A model generated the notes under the pieces. The model saw only the letters and a list, made by a program, of their open reading frames with translations, was not told the DNA's origin and did no database searches. The position numbers and the translations under genes were made by a program. A DNA stretch of 59,582 bases, counting the filler. It is 3 parts of 3 records of this genome, joined end to end, with 100 filler letters (N's around TTAATTAATTAA, not from the genome) between each part and the next. Parts side by side here need not be neighbours in the genome. Positions count along the whole stretch, not along the records: positions 29,894 to 48,569 come from SRR22947725_4823; positions 48,670 to 59,582 come from SRR22947725_4825; 1 more part is not named here. One strand, given 5' to 3'. Shown one piece after another: positions 43,826-55,400 of this stretch; positions within the stretch are counted from its first letter, which is position 1, and each line of letters starts with the position of its first letter.

Positions 43826-45211
43826 TCACATTCCCATCTCTCTGAAAAAGCCAATCGTGTCCTTGAGTGCGGCAGCAAAGGCGTCCACCTCTTCGACCGT
43901 GTTGTACAGGTATGGGCTTGCCCGGATGGATGAGGACACACCAAGTACGGCATGCAGCGGCTGCGTGCACAGGTGCCCGGACCGGACAGCGATGCCGCTC
44001 TGGTCCAGGATGGTGCTGAGGTCTGTCGGGTGGAGGCCCTCCACATTGAACGTTGCCAAGGCCCCCCGTGATCGGTCAAAGGAGGGACCGTAGACCGTGA
44101 GTCCCTCGCCGATGTCCGCCAGCGCGGTGTGTAGCCGGGCACCCAGTACTTTCTCGTACGCATCCACGTTCTGCATGCCAATCTCCATCATGAAATCGCA
44201 CGCACGCCCAAACCCAATCGCCTCTGCAATGGCCGGCGTGCCAGCTTCGAACCTCGACGGCGGGGCTGCGAACGTCGTCTTTTCCAATGTCACGACGTCA
44301 ATCATCTCCCCGCCCCCCATCCATGGCGGCATCGACTCCAACGCCTCCGTCGTGCCCCACAGGAAGCCGATTCCTGTCGGTCCACACATTTTGTGGGCCG
44401 AACCGACGATCCAGTCGACGCCCAGCTTCTGGACGTTGATGGGGATGTTCGCGATCGACTGACAGGCATCCAGCAGGACCCTGGCATTTGACTTTCGAGC
44501 GATGCGCACGACCGTATCCACGGGAAGATGGCATCCCAGCATGTTACTAATGTGGACGAGGGAGATGAGCTTGGTCCGCTTGGTGGCCAGATCCTCAAGA
44601 TGGTTCATGTCCAGCTCCTGATTCTCGTCTAGTCTCACGAATTTCAGAACGATCCCCTTCTTTTCTGCCAACAGCTGCCACGGCACGATGTTGCTATGGT
44701 GTTCTGCCACCGACAGGATGACCTCGTCACCTGCCTCCAGGGCGCTGGCGCCCCAAGTGTTAGCCACGAGGTTGATGGCCTCGGTCGCGTTCCTCGTGAA
44801 GACAATATTCTCCGGAGAGGCTGCATTCACAAACCTTGCCACCTTCACACGCGCATCCTCATACTCGGTGGTCGCCCGGGCGCTTAGTGCGTGCACGCCA
44901 CGGTGCACGTTGCTGTTGTACTGCTGGTAGTAGTCGGTCATGGCCTCTATCACGGAGAGAGGCTTTTGGGAGGTTGCCGCGTTGTCCAAGTACACGAGTT
45001 GCTTGTCCGCATTCACAGTCTGGTGGAGTATTGGAAACTCTTGCCGGATTTCGTGGCCGAGCCGTGAGACCGACGCCGTGCTCGCGGCGCTCCGAACCCT
45101 GCCCGCGCCGGGCTGCGGTCTGGGCTGGAGCTTCATCGTGGTCTGGTGACGGGGATGGTGCTCGGCGCAGTTGAACGGGCCGAGTCGTATCTTGTTCGAC
45201 GTGAACGCCAT
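43826..45211 (-). CDS. sufS: Plastid cysteine desulfurase, SufS/NFS2 type
   Basis: Transit peptide from ATG 45211; YLDNAATSQKP, NVHRG, EHHSN, SAHKMCGP, RSGHLC. Confidence 0.93.
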   Translation of the reverse strand: MAFTSNKIRLGPFNCAEHHPRHQTTMKLQPRPQPGAGRVRSAASTASVSRLGHEIRQEFPILHQTVNADKQLVYLDNAATSQKPLSVIEAMTDYYQQYNSNVHRGVHALSARATTEYEDARVKVARFVNAASPENIVFTRNATEAINLVANTWGASALEAGDEVILSVAEHHSNIVPWQLLAEKKGIVLKFVRLDENQELDMNHLEDLATKRTKLISLVHISNMLGCHLPVDTVVRIARKSNARVLLDACQSIANIPINVQKLGVDWIVGSAHKMCGPTGIGFLWGTTEALESMPPWMGGGEMIDVVTLEKTTFAAPPSRFEAGTPAIAEAIGFGRACDFMMEIGMQNVDAYEKVLGARLHTALADIGEGLTVYGPSFDRSRGALATFNVEGLHPTDLSTILDQSGIAVRSGHLCTQPLHAVLGVSSSIRASPYLYNTVEEVDAFAAALKDTIGFFREMGM

Positions 45212-45441
45212 TGCCCCCTTGCTCTCTCGTTCTCTCGTTCTTTCGTTCTCTTCCCCTTTTGGCGCAGAGACGGTATCTCGCAACTCAGAAGACCTCCAAA
45301 GCCGACCAGAACGGGGCCAACGCTGTAAATTCTTGTGGCTCGCGGTGTTTTATCGAATTTGGTTGGCCTACAGACGTGCGTTCGTGTGTGTATGTATGTT
45401 TAGATTACAGTATCGGTTGAGGACCCAGCGCCGATCATTCA

Positions 45442-45909
45442 TCATCTCCAAATCTCATGGAAGAAGGCGAGGAGGAAGATGGAGGAGAGCCCGGCGCCAA
45501 CATTGGGTACGAGCCAGAGCGCGCTCATGACGATAGACGCAACGCCAATTCGCACCATCTGTGTGAGGAGAGCCTTCAGAATGGCCCCGATCAGTTCAGC
45601 AATGGCGCTCGTCGTGTAGACCACCTTGACAAACTGCTGAGTTAAGTTTGACACCTCTTTCCTCACAGGCTCACGTGCCCTTGACCTCCGGTCGTACTGG
45701 AACAGGTCCTTGCTTGTTGAAAAGGGAGCGCTCGTTTGCGATTTGTGGGGATCATTCGGGGTGAAAGCCTTCAGAACGACCTGCGAACGGCGAGGAAAAG
45801 CTGCCGAGGGCCCAGCACGCTGGACTGGCAAGTGCCTCGAGTGCCTCGAATGCCTCGAGGCACCGGGTCCCACGCGAGTTGATCGCGGAGAGATCGTCTT
45901 AGACATCAT
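45442..45909 (-). CDS. Hypothetical small membrane protein, possibly plastid-targeted
   Basis: Ser/Arg-rich N-terminus, hydrophobic C-terminal helices, TGTAA (minus strand 45405-45409) downstream of the stop. Confidence 0.5.
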   Translation of the reverse strand: MMSKTISPRSTRVGPGASRHSRHSRHLPVQRAGPSAAFPRRSQVVLKAFTPNDPHKSQTSAPFSTSKDLFQYDRRSRAREPVRKEVSNLTQQFVKVVYTTSAIAELIGAILKALLTQMVRIGVASIVMSALWLVPNVGAGLSSIFLLAFFHEIWR

Positions 45910-46387
45910 TGTAGTCGTATCACGGCACGTCTGCAATTCACTGCGCCTACAATGGAAGGTCGAAACGGCGTTGAGTGAGGGGGTAACGCGAGGAAATTTC
46001 AAATTTCCGCGAGGCAACGACTCTCGCAATGAGCATTCTCCTGCCATGTTCTCTTGCTCGTTTGAGATTGAGTATCATAAAGTTTGTCTGGAGAGCAGAG
46101 TGGGTTGGAGAAGCGCCCCAGGAGGCCCGGTCCCAGACATGCAACGGCTTGGCAACGAAATTGCCGCCCGCGTCGCGCAAGGCCAATTCCGAACCTGTGT
46201 TGGTCAAAGCGAGAAGCTTTGGTCTTACGAACAAAAATTGTTGCCAATTTTATGGAGACTAGGGCCAGGAACACGGCACGCGAATATTTTCGACACTCTT
46301 GCGCCCCCCAGTTACGGCAGACGCTTCATGTAGCCTGCATGGACTGACCGAATGCAACATAACATGTTCTTGGATCCATACATCTAT

Positions 46388-47881
46388 TCATTCATCCATT
46401 GACCTCTTCCGGTCGCCGGCCGAACGCAAGTCGCGCGTCAGGCCGGCAGCCTCATCAGCTTTCTTGCTGCCATGCCTGAGCATGGCCTGGGAGAGCTCGA
46501 GGTGGACTGCTTTGGTGTCGCTCACTTGCTCCTCCCTCCATCTGGTATAATCAGATTTGTTTCGCTCGAACAGCGTCTCGTACGTTGTGCTCGCCGCTCG
46601 CAGTGCGGCCTCCAGCCCGACAACGTCGTTGCGGAGCGCAGCCAACTTTTTCTCTGCCGCGGGATCTGGTAGGGTTGTGACGGCCTGCACTTTCTCCATC
46701 ATATCCAGAGACGCGCATGCTTTGTTCAGATCGTCCTGAACACTGCGCACGGTCAAAAAGGCGTTCTCCCGCTCCATGAGAGCACTCGTCGCAGACTGTG
46801 CCATTGCCAACAGGTTATTGATCGGCTCCAGCGCCACCACGCGATCCTCCGTGGCATGACGCTCCATTTTGCTCATTTTTGCGAGTTCCATACCGCATCG
46901 CCGTGACACCTCGGCCATGGCATGTGTGGTCGCCGCGAATGGCGAGTAGCGGCCCGTTGGCGAGCCATAATCGTCCTCGTACTTCGCCATGCGGATCAGA
47001 GACAGGCCAATGTCGCCCATAACGATCGATAGCCGCTCACTCTCCCTCACAAGTCGCTCGCTGGCGGTCGAAGCCGCCACCAGGCACTCGGAATACCGCT
47101 CAACCCCCTCCCGGATCCGCCGCCACGCCATCTCCTCAGCTGGCACCTCGCCCTGAGCCTCTTCTTTCACCATCACCTCTTTGAGCATACGCATGACGTC
47201 GTTCGTGTTTCGAGAATTTTTTTTGACGTCCTGGACTGTGGGTACGGCCGACTCCGACCCAATGAGCTGGCCCGGGAGCCGGAGGATCCCGTCCAACAGG
47301 GTCGGCCGCAGTGGCACCACCTGGTGCCACGCGACGGACGATGCGAGCGATCCATCTGCCTCCAGAAATACTGCCAGCTCGTCACTTGTGCTCAAAACCG
47401 GGTGCTCGCACAAGCGAACCAGGTAGCGCTCCAGCTCCACCTGCCTAAGCGCAAGGAACTCAGCTTCCGTCCGCCCTGCTGCCGCCGCGTCCAGCGTACC
47501 CTTTTCCGGACGGGGAAAGATGAAATATCCCCGGTGCGTCTCGGCCAAGACGTCGGCAAGCTGCAAAAAGTCGCTGAATCGCCGCCTCACAGCGTATGTC
47601 CCGTTGTCGTCGCTCGACGTGATCAGGTACTCGAAGTGGGACGACGTCAGACCTGGGATGTACGAATGGTCTGACACGAAGCGCACGGGATCGGCGACAC
47701 CGACAATCCGCTTTGGCAAGTTGACGCTCTCCGGAGCCGTGCTTGCCGGTTTGGGTCCGTGACCGTCGAGCCGGGACACGTCGCTCTGTCCTTCCTCTGT
47801 CACTCGCGCCGACTCCGACTCCGACTCCGGCACAGGCTCATCACTGTGTAACGATGGCCTTCTAGGTTCGTCTTCAACCAT
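46388..47881 (-). CDS. Sorting nexin (PX + Vps5-type BAR domain)
   Basis: VRRRFSDF, FPRPEK, LERYL..LCEHPVL, C-terminal helical BAR region. Confidence 0.88.
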   Translation of the reverse strand: MVEDEPRRPSLHSDEPVPESESESARVTEEGQSDVSRLDGHGPKPASTAPESVNLPKRIVGVADPVRFVSDHSYIPGLTSSHFEYLITSSDDNGTYAVRRRFSDFLQLADVLAETHRGYFIFPRPEKGTLDAAAAGRTEAEFLALRQVELERYLVRLCEHPVLSTSDELAVFLEADGSLASSVAWHQVVPLRPTLLDGILRLPGQLIGSESAVPTVQDVKKNSRNTNDVMRMLKEVMVKEEAQGEVPAEEMAWRRIREGVERYSECLVAASTASERLVRESERLSIVMGDIGLSLIRMAKYEDDYGSPTGRYSPFAATTHAMAEVSRRCGMELAKMSKMERHATEDRVVALEPINNLLAMAQSATSALMERENAFLTVRSVQDDLNKACASLDMMEKVQAVTTLPDPAAEKKLAALRNDVVGLEAALRAASTTYETLFERNKSDYTRWREEQVSDTKAVHLELSQAMLRHGSKKADEAAGLTRDLRSAGDRKRSMDE

Positions 47882-48020
47882 CCCGCGCGCGGGATACCCT
47901 CGGAAAACCTTTTTTTCCTTCGAAGGATCCTTCGTCGACGAAACAAAGGATTCCTGTTTCGTTGGCCAGCTGTGCTGACTTTTGGATTCACCGGACCACG
48001 ATCGCCTCTATCTACGCAGC

Positions 48021-48569
48021 ATGTTCGTCAAGGTGAGTTCGATTGGCCTCTCGCCAATCGCGTCGTTCTACGCTCCGCGAGCCCATCCTCCGAAACGCCA
48101 CCTCTGCAGGGCCGTGCCCCACGGAGAGAGAGAAAGACGCGATGTGCTCCTCGGCCTTGTGACGGGCCTAGCTGTGTCAATTGGCGTGCCTGAAGCGATC
48201 GCCAAGGTCCCAGGGGTGAGTAGAACCGTCGACGATGACTTCACCGACACGCCGAGTGGCTTAAGGTTCTTGGACATCAAGACCGGGAGCGGGAAGCAGC
48301 CGGGGCCAGGGTCCAGATGTGAGATCCACTGGTCAGGATATACCGAGGGCTACCAGGGCAAGCGGTTTGGAAATTCGAGTCTGGCGGATGAGCCGTTCGA
48401 GTTCACCATTGGCCGGCAGGAGGCCATTCCTGCCATCGAAGAGGCGGTCCAGGGCATGATGGTGGGAGGCATCCGCCGGGTCCAGATCCCCGGTGATCAT
48501 CCCGAGCTTTCATATCCACGGGATCGTTCCGAGCGATTCGACGGCAACAAGTATAGGCTGGGGGGGGGT
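48021..48569 (+). CDS. Thylakoid-lumen FKBP-type PPIase (3' truncated)
   Basis: Transit peptide plus RRDVLLGL...AIA Tat signal; TPSGLRFLDIKTGSG, IPAIEEAVQGMMVGGIRR. Confidence 0.85.
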
Positions 48570-48669
48570 NNNNNNNNNNNNNNNNNNNNNNNNNNNNNNN
48601 NNNNNNNNNNNNNTTAATTAATTAANNNNNNNNNNNNNNNNNNNNNNNNNNNNNNNNNNNNNNNNNNNN
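48570..48669. other. Artificial contig-joining spacer
   Basis: 44 N + TTAATTAATTAA + 44 N. Confidence 0.99.
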
Positions 48670-51151
48670 CATTTGCAGACACCGGCACGCCCCAAAACTC
48701 AAAGAGCGGAACCAGGTTAAGCCCTAGCGCCAGTGACGCAGTTTCAACGAAATCGTCATCACTAATGCCATAATTAACAGCCTCTCCTGAGGCTAGACCT
48801 CTATCATAGAATGCTTTGTGGATCGCTCCGACCTGATGCCAGCCCAGCATCGATGCAATTTCAACGATTCTCGCCCAGCTTCTTGTCTGATATCGAACTT
48901 CGTTATCCCATTCATCAAGACAGAGACGCCGACCACGCTGCCAACTCGGAGACAACATCGTATCCAGCGCTGAATCATCTAGATTATATTGTTGAAATCC
49001 TGAGTATTTCAGTGCCGTATCCATATCAGCCTCAAACACTCTGTTATAGATAACCGCTGCTAACAAATGAACATTCGATTCCGCCTCCTGGCAGCCCAAC
49101 GTCGGCAAGTTGTGCAAATGCCCCCACTCATGCCATAAAATAAAACCAGAATTTCGCTGGTAACGCCGAGGCTCATCGACATCTGATGCAAAGAAATCAG
49201 GAAGCAGATATTGATAAGGCGCAAACCATGCACCATCGCGTTCCCACACCACCTCGCGATCATCAATCGCCCCATCGCCATAGGTCGGATAGGACGCTGC
49301 CATTGCCGTACCCCGAACGGTGACCTGAGCATCAAGTGTGAGCCACTCGCCTCGAAATCGGGTTAATGGCCTACCTGCCATCAAATTAACGGCGTCAAAC
49401 ATATCACCGAACTTATCCAATATTCCCTGCGGGTCATCGACCAACTTCCGGGCATTGATGGGTTGGGTAGTTATAAATTTATCGCTGACCAGCTCAAACC
49501 AAGGCACCATCGCTTGATCAAGATCGGTTTTAAATACCGAGGCATCGCTATTTTGGCCTTGTAGCCCAAGGGTTGAATAGGTCGGCAGGTTAACCGCCCC
49601 CGTAATCGTGACCGAGATCAAACCGAGCTCAGCCCCCTCCGGCACTTCAAAATACAGCCCCCCACCAAACGGGTTAATAATGCTCAGGCTCGCCTGGGTC
49701 AGCGAAAAGGCTTTGGAGATTCTTGGGAACCGAGCGAACTCTGTCCAAGTAGCTTCTAAATCCGCTATTTGCAGCCCCACTACGGCTTTAATGCCTTGAC
49801 CCACGGCTTTTTCATCAAGGGCTATTTCAACTCGCTCCCCGGCGGGCACAAACAATCCAGTCGGCCTTAGGATGGTTTCTTGACCGTTCAGCATCAATCC
49901 AGGATCTGTTTGATAGGTTGCATCAATCTCGAGGTTACGCTCAATCCTTGGTGCATCAGATGCAACTGAACCGGGGTAGTATCGCGACTCCTCGAAAGCC
50001 CAACCTTCGAGGTCGGACATGGGCACGACAGTGACGGCATTGTCGAAAACCCATTGTTTTAAAAAATACGCCACTGTTTTGATTGGCGAGAAATTACTAG
50101 GATTTCGCTGATCCCTATCAAAAATTGGACCCTGCTCGTCGTGGTAGGTCGTGACAAACCGCCTGGCTTCGATCGCAATTTCGGGCCACTTATAATTGAA
50201 TGCTGACAAAAATTCTTGTGCTAATTGATATTGCTTCGCATCGCTTAATATCGCGTCGCCCTTCAAATGATCCGTAAACTGCTTGAGGACGCCCTCCAAA
50301 TCAACATTCGGCACATCCGCCTTGACCGGCTGAATCGAAAATGAATCAATCAGCAAGGTCGAGTCATGAACCCGTGGGTCGCAACAGCCAACATTTGCCA
50401 CTGGGAATCCACCTAGAAATATTTGAACTGCGGCTAAACCTGCCTGTTGGTTTCGATAGGTCCCGCCTGACAACAAAGTAATCAGTTTTGCGATATCCGC
50501 GCGGGCGTCGTCGCTAAGCACCAGGCTTTGGACAGAACCATTAATCACAAAGTCGATTCGAGGCGTTGGGGCTGCGAGCTGAAAGATCACGCTCATGTTG
50601 TACCAGTCACCCAGCGTCAAGGTCAGCATGTTTTTCACGTAGCCTTCGCGCGGCGGAAAAGGCGGGATCAGTTCGGAGCCTTCACCGACCTGAAAAAAAA
50701 GTTGGAAATCCTCCTCTTCTTTACCCACATAAAGGGTAAATCCTTCGTCCCGCTGGTCGGTCGTTGTTGTTGTTAATACTGGACGCTGAAAATCTCGACT
50801 CGAATCAGTCGTGATAGGCTCTTTGAATTTAAACCTTAGGTCTAACTGCACCGTCTCCGTATAATCAAGTTCGGCCGTCACGGTTTCAGGTACGACCAAG
50901 TATTGAAGGTTCGATAAAGCTACAGCACCTTCCTCGAAATTGACGTTGGTTGTGTTGTTTTTAAAATTATCCGTGAACTCCTCGAAGGCATAAGCTTCTA
51001 ATGTCACGCCCGCCGACTCGTCACTCAAATCATCCGAAAACTCAAAAAGCACGGTGTCCGCCGCGCTGACGCCAACCGAGCTTAAACTCAGTGCAACCCA
51101 CAGGGATGCCAAACCTACTAACCTGAGACTGTCTCGGATACCTCGAATCAT
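48670..51151 (-). CDS. Secreted M60-like zinc metallopeptidase with N-terminal lectin/LamG-like region (3' truncated)
   Basis: Signal peptide from ATG 51151; PTGLFVPAGE, NPFGGGLY, PWFEL, HEWGH(x)nE gluzincin motif, NLVPLFEFWG. Confidence 0.8.
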
Positions 51152-51497
51152 CTTGCCCCTACCAGTATTACAACGTCTAAACCTCAGATAATGCGTCTCA
51201 ATGGAGCTATGTGTCAAAAAGAACACCTTCACCGCGAAAATCCAAACGGAGGGATTGCACCGTTTCGCGCACCGCTTAGCATGCAACACAGGATCTTATT
51301 CAAGCATAAAAAACGGTCAGCTTGGGAAAGCATTGCCCAATCAACCCAGCGCCCGAGCAGAATGGTTACGATAGCGGTGAGCTGGCAAGGCGTACCCAAC
51401 GTCGCCCTCACAGGCCTGGCTTCCATCGAGGCGGCCTATCCCCCTGAATTGTGCGGCAGCGCACGGCGTAAACCATTATTAATAAGGATTTCAAAGT

Positions 51498-52301
51498 ATG
51501 ACGAAACTCAATGAATACCAAGGCAAGCTGGCGATGGTGACCGGCGCTGGCGATGGCATTGGCGAAATGCTGGCCAAACAGCTTGTAGCCGCAGGACTCA
51601 CCGTCGCTGTCCAAGATATTCGGCAAGACGCAGCAGAACGCGTCGTCAGTGAGATTGGGGGCAGCGCCTTCCCGATTGTCTTCGATGTATCCGATCGCGA
51701 TGCCTGCCTTGCCGCCGCCGACGCCTTACGGGCCCATGGCCCGCTTAATTTGTTGTGGATCAATGCAGGCGTTGGCGTTGGCGCGCCCATTCTGACTGGC
51801 AAGCCCAACGCCATCGAGTGGGCGCTCGGCGTCAATGTCTACGGCGTGATCTGGACCGCGCAAGCCTTTACGCCGCTGATGCAAGACGCTGAAGGCCCGC
51901 GCCATGTTGGGTTTACGGCGTCGACCGCAGCCTTGCGATCGCCCGCGGGCGCATTTCCGCTCTATGCCACCACCAAACATGCCACCTTCGCTTTTGCCGA
52001 TGCTTTAAGCGCCGAACTCGAGGACCAAGGCATTGCCTCGACCATTCTCTGCCCGGGGCTTCTGAACACGAAAATTTGGGATGGTGCACGCGCCCGGCCC
52101 GAGCGCTTTGGCGGCCCTAGAAATATGGACCCTAAAATCGCCAAACAATGGGATGAGGCAAAAATGCCGGACTTGATGTGGCCAGACATAGCGCGATCCA
52201 TCGCCCAGGGCGGTGGCTACTTAGTGTGCGCGACCGACGGAGATGGCACGCAGACTGCCTTTGAGGCGCGCACCCAGACGATCGCATCCAGCATGCCCTA
52301 A
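51498..52301 (+). CDS. Short-chain dehydrogenase/reductase
   Basis: VTGAGDGIG, NAG, YATTK. Confidence 0.92.
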   Translation: MTKLNEYQGKLAMVTGAGDGIGEMLAKQLVAAGLTVAVQDIRQDAAERVVSEIGGSAFPIVFDVSDRDACLAAADALRAHGPLNLLWINAGVGVGAPILTGKPNAIEWALGVNVYGVIWTAQAFTPLMQDAEGPRHVGFTASTAALRSPAGAFPLYATTKHATFAFADALSAELEDQGIASTILCPGLLNTKIWDGARARPERFGGPRNMDPKIAKQWDEAKMPDLMWPDIARSIAQGGGYLVCATDGDGTQTAFEARTQTIASSMP

Positions 52302-52417
52302 ACCCTTTAGAGCAGGCTCGGTCTAAACGGCCTGGTCGTGAGCCGTGGCTCAGCCGTGCGCGCTAGGGGGGCCTAACGGCAAGCGTTGCACTCAATATCG
52401 TCATCAGATGCCGCGCG

Positions 52418-55400
52418 CTAAACCGACGCGGAACTTGCGACCTTCGAGCGTCTGAACGACGTTAGGCGATCGCGGAACTCACCCAATACTTCCGGCAGCG
52501 CCAGCATCGCAGGGGTCACGATCAAGGTGAGCAGGGTAGCAAACGTTAAACCCGAGACAATCGCGGAGGCCAGCTGCATCCAAAATGACGCAACCGGGCC
52601 GCCCACTTCAATCGACCGACCGATCAGGTCGATCGACACGCCCGAGGCCATGGGCAGCAACCCAAAGCCCGTGGTGAAGGTCGTTAAGAACACCGGCCGC
52701 AAGCGCAAGCAGCCGGTGTGGGTCGCGGTCTGCCGCAGGGTCCACTCTGGATGGCTTTGCCTCATCTCGTTGAAGGTGTCAATCAACACAATATTGTTGT
52801 TCACGATAATCCCAGCCAGCGCGACAATCCCAACGCCGGTCATGATCGCGCTGAAGGGCTGGCCCGTCAGAATGAGGCCCAACAGCACCCCAACCGTTGA
52901 CATCACGACAGACGATAGCACTAAGAAAGTCTGATAAAAGCTGTTGAATTGGGTGACCAGCAAGATTCCCATCAGCATCAAGGACAACGTGAAGGCAGAA
53001 CCAATAAAGCCTAACGTCTTGGCTTGTTCTTCGTTCGCCCCTCGGAATTGAATTTTAATCGCCGGATCAACCGGCGCGCTTGTCAGCCAAGCTTCGACTT
53101 CTGCGACCAGCGTTTCGGGTAAGAAGCCCGGGGCGGCATTGGCGCGAACGTACATAATGCGCTGGCCGTTTTGTCGAAAAATAGTGCTGACCTTGGGCTG
53201 GGCGGTGCGCGACACAAAACTGCTGATGGGCACTTGACCATCTCGCGTTGCGACGCGCAACTCATCCAGCTTGGAGAACCCGCGGTTGGCTTGGGGATAG
53301 CGCAGCCGGATATCGACCTCGTCGTCCACCGTGTCGGGCCGATAGCGCCCAATCAGCACGCCGTTGGTCATTAACTGGATGGCCGACCCCACCGAGGTCA
53401 CATCCGCGCCCATCATCGCCGCTTTTTCTCGGTCCACCTTGATTTCCCAATCGATCCCCGGCACCGGCGCCGTGTCATCCACCGCAATGACACCCGTCAT
53501 CGACTCCAAAAAGGCGCGCACGCGCTTGGTTTCGATCGCCAACTGAGTAAGGTCTTGGCCCTGCAGTTGGATCTGCAAATCCTTGCCCACCGGCGGCCCA
53601 CGTTCTTGTTCTTTAATTTCAGCCCGAACCCCTGGCAGCCCTGTGATCGCATCCCGAAAGCTCTGAACCACCGCCCAGCCGTCGCGACTGCGGCTAAACC
53701 GGTCAGTTAACTCGACAAACATAAACCCAATCTCATCGCCCGTTTGGCCGCTACCCGCGCCCCCTGTGGTGCCACTGCCTGCGCGTGTGTAAATACTCTT
53801 GATATCCCCTTGCGCGACGACCCGCTGCTCAACATCGGTAACCAGATCCCGCATTTCAGACGCCGAGTAATTACCCTTGGCCCCAACCGAGACACCCGTA
53901 AAGCTGGGCTCTACATCAACGAAGAATTGCGCGCCGTTACCAGCAACGCCGTACCACCGGACAATGGCAAACAATAAGCCTAGTGTAATCCCCAGAACCC
54001 AGACCGGATGCCGGGTTGCAGACGCCAAAACGCGGCCAAAGAGCCCTGTGATACCGGATAAGCTGCTGTATTCGAAGTCGGGTCCTACATCAGCCAGCGG
54101 GTCGCCTTTTTGGTTTCGGCTAGGGCTGAGCAGCCCGCCTAAGACCGGGGCGAACACCAAAGCATAGAGCAAGGAGCCTGCTAAAACGGCAAACACGGTC
54201 ACGGGTAGGTAGCGCATGAATTGACCGGTCACGCCCGGCCAGAACATGAGTGGCAAGAACGCCGCAAGCGTCGTGCCCACCGAGGCGCAAATAGGCCAAA
54301 ACATACGACGGGCTGCGGCGAGGTACGCAGCTTTAGGCGGAGCCCCACCAGCCATTTTCCGGTCGGCGAGTTCGACCACCACAATGGCGCCGTCGATCAG
54401 CATCCCTAAGCCCAACAGCATTCCGAACATCACCATAAAGTTATAGGTGTAGCCCAGCGCCGATACAAAGATAAAAGCGAACAAAAAAGAAAACGGAATG
54501 CCCAAAGCGACCAGCATGCCCGACTTAAACCCAACGGCGGCCACAACCACAGTGAGCACCAAGAACATCGCAGTCGAGATATTGCCCTGCAGCGTTGAGA
54601 TCTGCTCGATCGTCTGAGGCGATTGATCGGCGATGTAGTCAATTTGAACCGCGCGCGGCAGGTCTAGGCGCGTCAACTCCACGGCCTCGCGCACGCCGGC
54701 CACAACATCGACCAAGCTGACGCCTGCGCGCTTGCTAACCTCGATGGCGATCGCTGCTTGGCCGTTGGTCCGAGTGTAACTCGACGCGTCTTTAAAGGTC
54801 TCGCTCAGCACCACCACATCACGCAAACTGATGACCCCGCTTGCGTTCGCCTTAATGGGTATCGAGAGGATATCTTCTGCCGACTCGATCACACTGGGAA
54901 TCTTGATCGCGAAACTGCCCCGACCCGTGTCCACGTTACCCGCGGCGATGAGCCGGTTGTTGCGCTGCAGAGACGACAGTAGTTCTTCGGCCGAAATCCC
55001 GAGTGCCTGCAGCTGAACGGGGTCGATCACCGCCTCAAGTACTTCTTCGCGGGCGCCGGAAATCTTTGCCTCTAGGACACCTGGCACAGCCTCGATGGCG
55101 TCTTTAAGGTCGCGCGCACTCTGCAGCCGCGTTCGTTCACTCACGTCTTGACCTGCGACCGATACGGTAATTACGGGGAAATCGGAGGCCGAAACCTCCC
55201 GAATAATGGGCTCTTCAGCGGTACTGGGGAGCTTTACTTTGCCGCGATCGACGGCTTCGCGCACATCTTGGACGGCCTGGTCGGGCTCAAAACTGGAATC
55301 AAACTCGATTACCAGGGTTGCCATGCCTTCGGCCGCATACCCGTTCAGTTCGACCACGCCTTCAATCGATTTTAATTCGAGCTCCATGGGTCGCACGAGC

